Part shown: piece after piece, positions 1-9,808 of the stretch
Numbering within the stretch: position 1 is the first letter of the stretch
How the letters are laid out: each line of letters starts with the position of its first letter
NCBI GenBank assembly: GCA_963667035.1
Contig: OY762964.1
Span: 2,784,001-2,848,000, forward strand
Direction: 5' to 3'
Length of the DNA: 64,000 bases
Origin: Candidatus Cloacimonadales bacterium
GTDB lineage: Bacteria; Cloacimonadota; Cloacimonadia; Cloacimonadales; JAFGVF01
Translations under genes and position numbers: made by a program
The notes under the pieces: generated by a model
What the model saw: the letters and a program-made list of their open reading frames with translations, nothing else
What the model was told of the DNA's origin: nothing
Database searches by the model: none

Positions 1-2
1 TT

Positions 3-209
3 TGTAAACTTGTTGAAGTTGAATCGGGTAGAGAGATTAAGTTAACCAATCTTGGTAAAGATAGTCATAAAGCAGTGTTCATGCCTACTCAAAAACTAAG
101 ACCCTATTATTCATATAAATTTATAGTCAGTAAATCAACAGCTGATGCTAAATTCAACTTCTTGAAAGAGGATTACATAATCAATTTCTTACCGGTTGCT
201 GAAGAATAG
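3..209 (+). CDS. 3' end of a gene entering from outside the window; Ig-like (Big_5-type) C-terminal domain likely
   Basis: Open frame from the window edge: CKLVEVESGREIKL...AVFMPTQKLRPYYSYKFIVSKSTADAKFNFLKEDYIINF..., ending in TAG at 207-209 and followed by a terminator hairpin. Confidence 0.6.
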   Translation, partial: CKLVEVESGREIKLTNLGKDSHKAVFMPTQKLRPYYSYKFIVSKSTADAKFNFLKEDYIINFLPVAEE

Positions 210-222
210 ATACTTCAATTAC

Positions 223-270
223 AAAGAAAAAAGGTCATCGGAATTCACCGAAGACCTTAAAGATTTTTCT
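223..270. terminator. Probable bidirectional intrinsic terminator between convergent genes
   Basis: Stem-loop AAGGTC-ATCGG-aattca-CCGAA-GACCTT with A-rich and T-rich flanks. Confidence 0.6.
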
Positions 271-281
271 GGATTAACTTA

Positions 282-1520
282 TCAATTCAATTGCATCATC
301 ATTTCTTCGTATCTTCTACTGTGATACAGTAGGTTCGCTGGAGGAGATATCTTGGATATAGATCTGTCAATTGCACCTAATCTTCTTTGTGAAATGTTAC
401 CTTTACTAAAATGTTTATTAGATGCATCGTTAATCTGAGCCTGTATTTTTAATAGCATTGATTTGTATCCGTCAGGGCTATAACCTGCTCTTACAGTAAA
501 TATTGCGCCAAGATAATCAGCTTCTATCTCAAATTCATCCAGCATACCATCAACAAGTAGATTGAAGTATTTTTGAGTATCAGCAGTAAGTTCTTTTTCA
601 ATCCTATCAGAATCGTCATTAACTCCAAAGTTACTTTCCATTTCCATATCTAATCTGCTAAAGGCATCTTGAGCAGAATTATTTGATTCTTCCATTTCAT
701 AATGTGACATACCGTGCTTTCTTGATATGTGGGCGACTTCATGAGCAAGTACACATGCTAACTCTGCTTCATTACTTAGAAGAGATAGTAGTCCCTCAGT
801 AATGAACACATATCCTCCCGGACATGACCAAGCTCCGAGTTTACTGCTACTCAAGATAAAGAATCTAACTCTTTGATTAGGAATATCGGAAGCATCAACA
901 ATACTATTACCAACAAAGTTTATATATTCATTTACAGCATAGTTTTTGTTTAATCCCATTCCGGCTAAGTGTCCTGCAACTGCTAATCCGAATCCCTCTT
1001 CTGTTTTACTGAATGTTACTGAGCAATTACGTGGAGGAATAGTTACGCTTTTTCTAATACGCTTGAGATTGATTCCTTTATAGGTTTTCTTGCAGAATTT
1101 CTTATACTCTTTCGGGTCTATGTTAAAACCCGCTAGGTAGTCTATTTCATGAATATCGGTATTGTACATCTTACTGAAACTATTGGCTAAACCTTTGATT
1201 CCAACAGATTCAGATGCCGGAGATGTTATCATGTCCGTTTTAGCTTCTGCTAATTGACTTATCGAGCTGCTCATTTCAGTCATGGGAACTAACGCATTAT
1301 CAGCAATAAAGCCTTCAAGTCCTAAGCTTGTAATTTTTAACCAATTATCTTCAGTAGCTATCACATCAATCGAAGAACCATCCTGTAATTCCTTGATTGC
1401 CTGATAATAAGAACCGGGACCATCTCTTAGGATAACCCCTGCTCTTTCAATAGTTGCTTTATAAGCAAATAATGATAGAGTTAAAATTAATAATAGTAAT
1501 GATATATTTAACTTCTTCAT
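282..1520 (-). CDS. Secreted M48-family zinc metallopeptidase with N-terminal SH3 domain
   Basis: Signal peptide; SH3b-like ILRDGPGSYY...WLKI...EGFI; M48 motifs AWSCPGGYVFITEGLL, ELACVLAHEVAH (HExxH) and EIEAD. Confidence 0.85.
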   Translation of the reverse strand: MKKLNISLLLLILTLSLFAYKATIERAGVILRDGPGSYYQAIKELQDGSSIDVIATEDNWLKITSLGLEGFIADNALVPMTEMSSSISQLAEAKTDMITSPASESVGIKGLANSFSKMYNTDIHEIDYLAGFNIDPKEYKKFCKKTYKGINLKRIRKSVTIPPRNCSVTFSKTEEGFGLAVAGHLAGMGLNKNYAVNEYINFVGNSIVDASDIPNQRVRFFILSSSKLGAWSCPGGYVFITEGLLSLLSNEAELACVLAHEVAHISRKHGMSHYEMEESNNSAQDAFSRLDMEMESNFGVNDDSDRIEKELTADTQKYFNLLVDGMLDEFEIEADYLGAIFTVRAGYSPDGYKSMLLKIQAQINDASNKHFSKGNISQRRLGAIDRSISKISPPANLLYHSRRYEEMMMQLN

Positions 1521-3631
1521 TTAACCTCCATGGTATAAATACCGTCCCACTCCCCGGGAGGGCTGTTAATTAAGCTCTCACATCTATTCAACATAATTCT
1601 TGAAGGTTTATCATTGATAGAATTGCTAAGCCTTTTAAAAATATATGAAGCTTTATGAAACTCACTGTTGAAATACAGTTTAAGAGCTTCTTCGTAATCT
1701 TTTATCCATTTATATTCATCTTGAAAATCAATACTTTTATTGTCAATAAGTTCATAGATTGTGACAGCTTTTGACTTACCCTTTAACCTGATTCTATCTA
1801 GCTTACGACAAATAAAATCATTTGTAGCTAGTCTATGTACATTTTCACAGATTATGATATTGGTCTTATAGTATTTATTAATACTTTCGAGTCGAGAGGC
1901 AACATTAACAGGATCACCAATTACGGTATAATCCATTCTAGTTGGAGAACCTATGTTACCTGCTATCACACTTCCTGTAGCGATACCGATTCTAGTGTTG
2001 AGATGTAGTTCCTCAACCGGGTTTATATCTTTCTTTTCAATAATCCTTTTATTGTATTTGTTATGTTCCAATGCCATCTTGCAAGCATTAAGGACATATT
2101 CGGAAGAATTACTAGGCTGAACCGGAATTCCAAAAACTGCCAGAATCCCATCACCAAGATATGCTTCCAGCAAACCCTTATTACCTGTAATAAACTCACT
2201 CATAACAGTGAAATATGCGTTTAAATTCTCCACCAATTTCTTAGGATTGGTTTTCTCTGCAATACTAGTGAAATCATATATATCACTAAACATTACCGCA
2301 GCTTCTACTTCTTCTCCCCCTAAATCAATAAGGTTAGGATTCTTCTCAAGCTCTTTCAGAATCTCTTTACTTATATATCGACTGAACATGTTCCTGATTC
2401 TAAGTCTTTCGTTGTACTCTTTAGCAAAAGAGAGAAATATGTAGCTGAGAGTATAGCAAAGGTAGGTGAAAATAACTAGCATAATAGGCATAACAAGACA
2501 AAGCTTAATCCATATTAGATAAAAAATAGCTATAGTCAAAAGAGTAATACTTATGCTTATGAATAAAGTCTTAACAAAACCTTCACGATTAGTTATAAAG
2601 ACAAGAGCAAAGAGGAATAAAGACGTTAAAATTACTGTCAGAAATGGAGACAGAAATCTCACGTGGTCATTAGTGATTAGGTTAGTATATAACGTTGCCC
2701 AAGCCTCAATTCCAGGTCTCTGAGAACCTACAGGTGTATGTTTGATATTATTTAAACCGTCTGCTGTTGCACCAATCATTACAATAGCATCTTTAAAATA
2801 ACCGGAGGGGATTGTTGCCTCTCCTCCATATTTCATAGCAATTGAACTTTGTAAAACAGCTTTTATAGGACAGTAAATAAACTCTTCATTGTACCAATTA
2901 AGATGATACAATCCGTCCGTTAGGGGAATTGCCATGATTTGGTCTACTCCAATCTGATTCTCTACTAACTTTATCGGATAAGATGGTATCATGTAACTTT
3001 GCCCACCACTTTTTAAAACGTTATACACAGGTATTTTACGCAAGATTCCGTCCTCATCACTTTGAACATTGATTGCTACCGTACCTGTAACTGCATTATA
3101 AAGAGTATCTGTCGGCATGTTCACACTATAGAATTCAGGATAGTTGTTTAGATTACTTTCAATCTTGCTGTATTGATCTAGAGGTGCTTCTGTTTCTTTC
3201 TCCTCTTTTGATAACTGAGTTGCAATATATACATTACCATGTTTGCGTATGGAATTTGCGAGAATACTGTCATATTCACCTCCGACAGCTTCCGAAGATT
3301 CTCTGCTTCTATCATGGAATAGAATATCAAATAGAATAGCTTTGCTTCCTTCAGTAGTAAGATAATCAACTATGTGAGCATAGAAATCTCTAGGCCATGG
3401 ATACGAATATCCGGTGTTTTTTCTTACATAATCCAGACTGCTGTTGTCGATTGTAGCAATAATCACTTTTGATGAGTCCGGTATGTTATGATGTCTCATT
3501 CTCTGAAGTAAATCAGCTTCAGAGTTTTTTATGGAATTGTTTAATCCAAATCCGAAAAGGAGTAATAAAACTCCAATAGTTATCTGTAACGCTCTAACGT
3601 TTATGTGCTTTATCTTAGTTTTTTCCACCAT
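1517..3631 (-). CDS. CHASE2-domain class III adenylate/guanylate cyclase
   Basis: CHASE2 motifs (YPWPR, FDILF, DEDGILR, PGIE), three TM helices, cyclase motifs MFSDIYDFT, LGDG, RIGIATG, YTVIGDPVNVASRLE, and a C-terminal TPR-like WDGIY tail. Confidence 0.9.
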   Translation of the reverse strand: MVEKTKIKHINVRALQITIGVLLLLFGFGLNNSIKNSEADLLQRMRHHNIPDSSKVIIATIDNSSLDYVRKNTGYSYPWPRDFYAHIVDYLTTEGSKAILFDILFHDRSRESSEAVGGEYDSILANSIRKHGNVYIATQLSKEEKETEAPLDQYSKIESNLNNYPEFYSVNMPTDTLYNAVTGTVAINVQSDEDGILRKIPVYNVLKSGGQSYMIPSYPIKLVENQIGVDQIMAIPLTDGLYHLNWYNEEFIYCPIKAVLQSSIAMKYGGEATIPSGYFKDAIVMIGATADGLNNIKHTPVGSQRPGIEAWATLYTNLITNDHVRFLSPFLTVILTSLFLFALVFITNREGFVKTLFISISITLLTIAIFYLIWIKLCLVMPIMLVIFTYLCYTLSYIFLSFAKEYNERLRIRNMFSRYISKEILKELEKNPNLIDLGGEEVEAAVMFSDIYDFTSIAEKTNPKKLVENLNAYFTVMSEFITGNKGLLEAYLGDGILAVFGIPVQPSNSSEYVLNACKMALEHNKYNKRIIEKKDINPVEELHLNTRIGIATGSVIAGNIGSPTRMDYTVIGDPVNVASRLESINKYYKTNIIICENVHRLATNDFICRKLDRIRLKGKSKAVTIYELIDNKSIDFQDEYKWIKDYEEALKLYFNSEFHKASYIFKRLSNSINDKPSRIMLNRCESLINSPPGEWDGIYTMEVK

Positions 3632-3791
3632 AACTACTCAATAAATGACTCACATTTAAATGGCAATCTTTTTTAGTTAAGTTGATGATATTATATTATG
3701 TAATCCCAGTAGTATTTTTTAGGTAAAGTTTTGACTGTCCTAGGGTGGATACTTTTAAGGGTGACTTGCAAAAGAATTCTTCCGTTTTTGT

Positions 3792-3953
3792 CTCGTGATT
3801 CTCTCATGACTAACAAACAAATAATTAATATTAATAGGTCACTTTCATCTTACTAAATTTTCACTTCTCAAGTGGGTGTTGAGTAAGTGTTGAGTAAGTG
3901 TTAAGTGGGGATTATGTAAATATTATGCGTTCGTTGGTCATGAGAGTGACGAG
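3792..3953. repeat. Intergenic element: 25-bp imperfect inverted repeats enclosing four 11-bp-period direct repeats
   Basis: 3801-3825 matches the reverse complement of 3922-3946 at 21/25; TCAAGTGGGTG/TTGAGTAAGTG/TTGAGTAAGTG/TTAAGTGGGGA at 3868-3911. Confidence 0.65.
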
Positions 3954-4048
3954 GGAGTGGAGAGATAAATATTGAAATCCGTTATTCTAGATTTCGGGTT
4001 AGTCTGAATCCATGATGTAGAAGTTAATGATGTTTACTCACTATAAAG

Positions 4049-4080
4049 TAAAACCGCTCCTAAATTAGGAACGGTTTTTT
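4049..4080. terminator. Intrinsic terminator downstream of the CPBP gene
   Basis: AAAACCGCTCCTAA-a-TTAGGAACGGTTTTTT hairpin with A and T tails. Confidence 0.75.
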
Positions 4081-4109
4081 ATTTAAGGTTAACAATATGT
4101 AATCAACTA

Positions 4110-7100
4110 TTACTTGCTTTTATCTATTAATTTGCTCAATCCAAAAGTTGCCAAGATTACAGCGATAGCACCTAGTAAGAAATACATTTTTGCACCAACA
4201 AAACTATCACTCATAGACATTTTCAGTACTTTAAATGTAACATAAAGTCCAGCTATCCAGATTAAAGATAATCTATTTGTAGCGACTAGTTTCTTAACAA
4301 ATATATGAACAATAACTGTCATAACAACTGTTACAACAAGCCAAGTTATGATTTGTGTGGAATCTAGGTACAAGAAAGTCGATTTCATTGATAGTGATGC
4401 TGTCAAAAGAAGCAACATTATAAACATTAGAATATTTCTTTTCTTAAAGCCATCCGTAATTTTGTCGATAACAATAAAAACCGGCATAATGAGTGTTAAT
4501 GAACGCACAAACATCTTTAATGAATCTATTATCGCTCCAATAATTGGTACACTATTTACCATTACCGATGAATCAGGAATAGAGGCAGTAATCTTAGGTA
4601 ATAGTTCCATTACAAGCAGATAGAATCCTATTGCAATGAAACCTATACTGATACTGTTTAATAATGTACCGGAAACATTTTTATCCTTAGCATAGTAAGC
4701 CATAACGATACTAACAAAGAAACCGACGACAACAGTTATTAGGATTGTTACGAGAATGCTCATTACATTTTGGTTACCAAGGGGTTGTGAAGTTGAATAA
4801 CCCATTTTCATATTACTGTATTCCAATCCAAAACCAATGAAAAATATAATTAATATGAGAATGAGCAGTATAAAAAATACTTTCATATTCAACAGCTTCT
4901 TGGTCCAGGCAATGATGATAACAATTAATGCTCCTAAGTACGGTAGCATTGTGACAATGTCAAGGATGCTGAAGATTGCTTCTCTAGTTCTATAGCTATT
5001 CCAAAACCTTAAAGACTCTTTTTCGGGAAGCTTAATTCCCTTGTAAATAGTGCTTAGCTCATCTCCTGCAAACCCGATTCCATAGTTTATATAGTTATCC
5101 CCTAAGCTATAATTCACAGTATCTTTGTACGTAAAATACCAGTCTGTTCTATTATCTCTAAGAGAAGGAATAGCTTTTACAAGAGTTAAGTCATTGAAGT
5201 CAATCTGATGAATCTTCTCCAATTGTTCTTTTGCTAGTACAGTAGCTTCAGGTTCCGTTAAGTTTACTCCTTCACTCTCTTCATGAAAATCATGCCTATA
5301 GTTTTGTAGCATTCCATCTTTAGTGTAGGTAACCGAGAATTCTTCTGCTCTTTCTTGTAGGTCTCCTTGGAATTTTGCAAAACGAACAGCAATAGCATTA
5401 CATTTTACAAAATTGTCAGAGAGATTGTTAAAGTTTTCTTCACCAAGAAAATGCCAAATCTGACTAACAACAATTTTATGCCCATTTTGAGCTTCCGTCA
5501 TTACCTCGTACTGATCAAGATCTTCTACACCTAATGATTCAATGAATTCAGTTGCTTTAGCAATTGCCTCTTCATTCGTAATTTCAAGTTTGGACGCATT
5601 GTAGTTAACCCTGAAGAATAACAATGCCAGAATCAATCCTACTATACCAAGAATTGGGATTATCTTTCCAAGTTGTTTTGAATTATCATTCCGGACTACA
5701 GATTTACTTATGGTAGATACTTTTTTTATCTCCGGTTGCCAGTCTTCATTGTAAGATCCTGATAAATCGTCTTGGCACTTTCTCTCCCTTACTCTTCTGT
5801 AGACAAGAATTAGAATCGGGAAAAGCATTACAAGTACAAATAGTACTTTATTACCAATCATCTCATTTGATTCAACCATCCAGATAGGAAGCCCCATTAA
5901 AACAGCATCAAATACAAAATGAATCATCACACCTGTTATAAGACCGAATCTAACATAAGCTACTGCAAAAACAAGTGACGGGAGAATTAGCTCAATTACT
6001 CTTGCATAAGATGGTTGAGCAGCGTAATTAGCGTGTCCCATACCGAAAATTATGACTTGTACTATCATTCCTATCCAAAAGAAAAGCTTCTCTTTGCCAA
6101 GTTTTCTACCTATTAAGACAGCACCGGCAATCGGAATTGCTCTAAATAGACATTCTTCCCAAAATCCGGCATGTAATGCCCTTGCAATAGATCCCAACCA
6201 AGGAAATGATGTTGCTAATGTGTTTGGATCTACACTAAGAGATGAAGAATTCCACCAACCAAAGTACTTGGTAGTAATCATATAAAAAACAAGTATATAT
6301 GTTAAAGAAATGGGTACCCATAGATAACCACCTATTGTATTGCCTAGCAACTTCTTTGAGTTAGCTACCCCGGGGCTCCAGCTCTTCCATAACTGAGTAT
6401 GTTTACCAAAAGCTTTCCTTGTGAAACCTTCAGCAACCATAAAAGACGCAGAAAGTATAATCGTATTTGAGAAAAAATTGACAAGTGAAGATGAAACATA
6501 ACCGAAAATATGCTCATTGACAGATGATGATGTTTGATACCATAACCAGGAAAGGGATAAGTCATTAAAAGATGCAATAAACTCTAGCAGAGCAACAAGT
6601 ATACCCCAAAATAAAGCTCTCTTCCAGAGTAACCATTTGATTTTAATAAGAAAAAAAGCCCCTACAACTATTCCCAGTGCTCCGTATAAAATTATCATAA
6701 GCACAGAACCAACTCCGGCAATTGTGTTATTAGCAGAGCGCATCTCGGAATATCTTCTTTGGAAAGCTTCAGGCGTCTTAAGCGAATGGTATAATCCGGT
6801 AAACTTATTGCCTCTAACAGATAGATTTATTCGGAACTTAGCTTTTGCTATTTTCTTGTCTGTTCTTTCGAAAATGAAAGTGTAATCTTTTCTACCTTTA
6901 GGAGTAGTAACTAATTTAGTATCATTTAGTTTATATGGTGTGAAATCAATCCCCCAGTCAGTTTCAGCTCTTGTTTTTGCTAGCTCTAAAGCTTCCTCAG
7001 AGGTTAGATTCGGTAGTTCAAGATCTTCAGGAAGCTTTATGTCAAAACCATAAGGTTCTCCTGTTGGTTTGAAATAAGTATCGGATTCGAGTATCTCTCC

Positions 7101-7424
7101 CGGTTTATAACTTCTTACCTTCCATATATAATAAGAGTAGAAGTCACTTTTTAACAGCTCATTAAAGGCTTCCTTACCCCCTCCTTCTAACTCAATATAA
7201 GTTTGACCGCTAGAACCTCCGAACATAGCAACTTGCCTGAAATCATCTAATCCCCAGTCGTATTTTACAGATAACTCTTTCGTCTTTTCGAATGCCTCTT
7301 CTCTGTTCATCGTAATATCAATATTAATAAATGACATTACTTTAGGGAAATAGTTAACAATAAAAAAAAGAGATGAGATTGAAATAAGTGTAAACACTAT
7401 CCAAAACCACATTTTCTTGAACAT
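4110..7424 (-). CDS. Large CPBP (Abi/CAAX) family intramembrane glutamic endopeptidase with duplicated extracytoplasmic domains
   Basis: EECLFR, FGMGH and HFVFD motifs; many TM helices; GGAGG SD upstream. Confidence 0.85.
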   Translation of the reverse strand: MFKKMWFWIVFTLISISSLFFIVNYFPKVMSFINIDITMNREEAFEKTKELSVKYDWGLDDFRQVAMFGGSSGQTYIELEGGGKEAFNELLKSDFYSYYIWKVRSYKPGEILESDTYFKPTGEPYGFDIKLPEDLELPNLTSEEALELAKTRAETDWGIDFTPYKLNDTKLVTTPKGRKDYTFIFERTDKKIAKAKFRINLSVRGNKFTGLYHSLKTPEAFQRRYSEMRSANNTIAGVGSVLMIILYGALGIVVGAFFLIKIKWLLWKRALFWGILVALLEFIASFNDLSLSWLWYQTSSSVNEHIFGYVSSSLVNFFSNTIILSASFMVAEGFTRKAFGKHTQLWKSWSPGVANSKKLLGNTIGGYLWVPISLTYILVFYMITTKYFGWWNSSSLSVDPNTLATSFPWLGSIARALHAGFWEECLFRAIPIAGAVLIGRKLGKEKLFFWIGMIVQVIIFGMGHANYAAQPSYARVIELILPSLVFAVAYVRFGLITGVMIHFVFDAVLMGLPIWMVESNEMIGNKVLFVLVMLFPILILVYRRVRERKCQDDLSGSYNEDWQPEIKKVSTISKSVVRNDNSKQLGKIIPILGIVGLILALLFFRVNYNASKLEITNEEAIAKATEFIESLGVEDLDQYEVMTEAQNGHKIVVSQIWHFLGEENFNNLSDNFVKCNAIAVRFAKFQGDLQERAEEFSVTYTKDGMLQNYRHDFHEESEGVNLTEPEATVLAKEQLEKIHQIDFNDLTLVKAIPSLRDNRTDWYFTYKDTVNYSLGDNYINYGIGFAGDELSTIYKGIKLPEKESLRFWNSYRTREAIFSILDIVTMLPYLGALIVIIIAWTKKLLNMKVFFILLILILIIFFIGFGLEYSNMKMGYSTSQPLGNQNVMSILVTILITVVVGFFVSIVMAYYAKDKNVSGTLLNSISIGFIAIGFYLLVMELLPKITASIPDSSVMVNSVPIIGAIIDSLKMFVRSLTLIMPVFIVIDKITDGFKKRNILMFIMLLLLTASLSMKSTFLYLDSTQIITWLVVTVVMTVIVHIFVKKLVATNRLSLIWIAGLYVTFKVLKMSMSDSFVGAKMYFLLGAIAVILATFGLSKLIDKSK

Positions 7425-7640
7425 TATACCTCCGATTAGTTTTGCTAGTCACATAAAACCATAAATAAACCTTTTCATGTTCATCTTTTCTGATTAAGTT
7501 TTTAGTAATCAAGCTTTTTCTACAAATCGTTAGCATTTTAACGAGGTGATGCTTGATTTTGCTACTTAGCTGTTAAGAAAAGACTTTGACAAAAGAACTA
7601 GTAGTTTACAATAGAAATTGAAACTCGTTCCGGAGGAAAA

Positions 7641-8312
7641 ATGAAACGTTTGTTAATGATTATAACAGTATTGTATTTAATGTTATCAGGCTGTACTGAA
7701 GACATAGATAAGATTGACTATACTATGCTTGAAGATGAAATATTCTTTCAACTTGATGAGATTTACAAGAATCCAGAATTGGAGAAAAATATTCCTAATG
7801 ATAATTTCGAACATCTCTTAAGTCAGAAAAGAGTAAAACTGTTTTCAAAAAGATTTGAAGCACTCCAAAAAGCAAACAACAAAATTGGTGCATTTTACGA
7901 GGAATACTACTACAATAGATTTGGTGAACTATTCGGAAATAACTATCCTTTAGAAAGCTATGAGCTGAAATCCTTTGTGAGACTTAGGGAATCAGAACTT
8001 GGTTTGGCTGAATATGATAATGTTACTGAAGCAGTAGTTGCAGAAGAAACAAAGAAAGACTTCGAGACAGGACATGCAGAGTATAGGCTCGAGACTAATG
8101 ATGAATATGTTGTTTACATGACTACTGACGATAATACTGTTTTTAGAGATGATGAAAACTATTATTATACCGGACACATATATTTTGGTGGAATACCTAA
8201 TCCGGTAGGCATGAGAGTAAGAATTCACTATAACAACATATCTGTGTATGACGAAGACAATGAAAAAGTAATCAAAGCATTATTAATAGAGCAACTTGAC
8301 CCTAAAAAATAG
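7641..8312 (+). CDS. Hypothetical lipoprotein
   Basis: Lipobox LSGC after a hydrophobic signal; GGAGG SD; TTGACA...TACAAT upstream (7586-7612). Confidence 0.75.
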   Translation: MKRLLMIITVLYLMLSGCTEDIDKIDYTMLEDEIFFQLDEIYKNPELEKNIPNDNFEHLLSQKRVKLFSKRFEALQKANNKIGAFYEEYYYNRFGELFGNNYPLESYELKSFVRLRESELGLAEYDNVTEAVVAEETKKDFETGHAEYRLETNDEYVVYMTTDDNTVFRDDENYYYTGHIYFGGIPNPVGMRVRIHYNNISVYDEDNEKVIKALLIEQLDPKK

Positions 8313-8334
8313 CTACAAGTCAATTAGGTTATTT

Positions 8335-9798
8335 TTACTCTTTAAAAACTGCTTTCAATTCAGGATTGTTAGGATCAATAGCCTTTGCTATTTTCCAATT
8401 ATCGTAGGCTTTTTTACTATCTCCCATTCTGTAGTATATGGAACCTAACTTGATATAGGCTAGAGCCATATTGGGTGCTAAACGGATTGCTGCCTTGCAC
8501 TCTAGAACAGCTTCTTCAAGCTTGCTTTGATAGTAGTATTTAGTTGCTTTAGTTATATGAATCAAAGCTTCATTTAAGTCCTTGTAATCCTTTAGCTCAA
8601 GCCGAACTGCATCAAGCTCTTTTGATTTTCTTAAATACTCATCCGTTGAAATGCCTGTAAACACTTTAAGTGTGTCTACGACATAAATAGTATCTTTGAT
8701 AATCTTCTCAACTTCAATATAAAGAGTGTCCATTGAAACCGGTTGCATTGACTCAACAACCTTCATAGGTTCTCTGATAATTTCTCTTTGAACTCTTGGA
8801 GGTATATGAGATGCAAGTTTATATTCCTCTGTTGTTGAATTACCGAGTTTAACTTCAAGTCCAATGAAGTGATTGCCATATGGAATCTCTAAATCAGAAA
8901 AGAGGGGGTAACTAAAGCCGTAATCAAGAGAAAGGTCTATTGATTTGGTATTTATCATTTCTCTATTGTTTAACGGATTTCTATACTTCTGAATATACTC
9001 TTTCCGTAGAACTAATAGACCTAATCCAAAACTCATTTCATTGTTATTTACACCACTTCTAAAAGCTAGATTTTCAGTAAGTCTATATTCTGTGCCTAAT
9101 GAATACGTAAAATCATTGAAGTCTTTTTCCTTGTAGCTGTTGTACGTTACATCAGAGGCTATTAACCATTGAGGAATAATGTTATACGTTGCACCTAATC
9201 CAAACTCTCTTGGCAGGGCATCATCTGCCTCTATTGCTAACTTTGTTTGAAATATATTCCTACTAACAAATCCCATTTGAAAACCGGTTGAGACCAGATA
9301 TGCTACCCCGAAGTCCATATCAATAGCGGATTTACTTGTGTCATTGTTCACAAAGAAAGGATCATTAGCTGTATATTCATTTGTTCCGTAGTCGATGTTA
9401 TATAGATTAAGTCCAAAACCAGCTTTCAGTTTGTCACCAAATAGATACGAACCAGCATGAAGGCCTACATGGATTTCGTTATATAAATCCGATTGGAAAA
9501 TAGATGAACTGAATGCCGTACTGAATTGATTGCCAATAGGGATTGTTAGAATAACAGCATTGTAATCCAAATTGTCGTTTTCGATACCATAAAGATATGC
9601 TCTATTATCTGTTAATAGCGAGAAGTCACTCAAATGAGCCAGTAAAGCAGGATTATAGACAGAAGCAGAACCATCATAGGATTGAGAGATTCCTGTTTTT
9701 CCCATAGAAAAATTTCTTATTCCGGCTTTCTCAAAAGTATAAGCTATTAGGTTAGAAATGATAAACAAAGCAGAAATTATTATTACTATTCTTTTCAT
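8335..9798 (-). CDS. PorV/PorP(SprF)-like outer-membrane beta-barrel with C-terminal stalk, coiled coil and TPR
   Basis: Signal peptide from ATG 9798 (GGGAGG SD); PorV-type N-terminus GIRNFSMG...ASVYNPALLA; amphipathic strands (LGTEY, FRSG, FGLGL, LDYGF); TPR AIRLAPNMALAYIKLGSIYYRMGD. Confidence 0.75.
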   Translation of the reverse strand: MKRIVIIISALFIISNLIAYTFEKAGIRNFSMGKTGISQSYDGSASVYNPALLAHLSDFSLLTDNRAYLYGIENDNLDYNAVILTIPIGNQFSTAFSSSIFQSDLYNEIHVGLHAGSYLFGDKLKAGFGLNLYNIDYGTNEYTANDPFFVNNDTSKSAIDMDFGVAYLVSTGFQMGFVSRNIFQTKLAIEADDALPREFGLGATYNIIPQWLIASDVTYNSYKEKDFNDFTYSLGTEYRLTENLAFRSGVNNNEMSFGLGLLVLRKEYIQKYRNPLNNREMINTKSIDLSLDYGFSYPLFSDLEIPYGNHFIGLEVKLGNSTTEEYKLASHIPPRVQREIIREPMKVVESMQPVSMDTLYIEVEKIIKDTIYVVDTLKVFTGISTDEYLRKSKELDAVRLELKDYKDLNEALIHITKATKYYYQSKLEEAVLECKAAIRLAPNMALAYIKLGSIYYRMGDSKKAYDNWKIAKAIDPNNPELKAVFKE

Positions 9799-9808
9799 CA
9801 CTTCCTCC

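Noticed and set aside
3868..3911. CRISPR array or plasmid iterons
   Set aside because: Units are only 11 bp with no spacers; no cas or rep genes nearby
7449..7478. Minus-strand mini-ORF MKRFIYGFM upstream of the CPBP gene
   Set aside because: No convincing SD or attenuator structure; expected by chance
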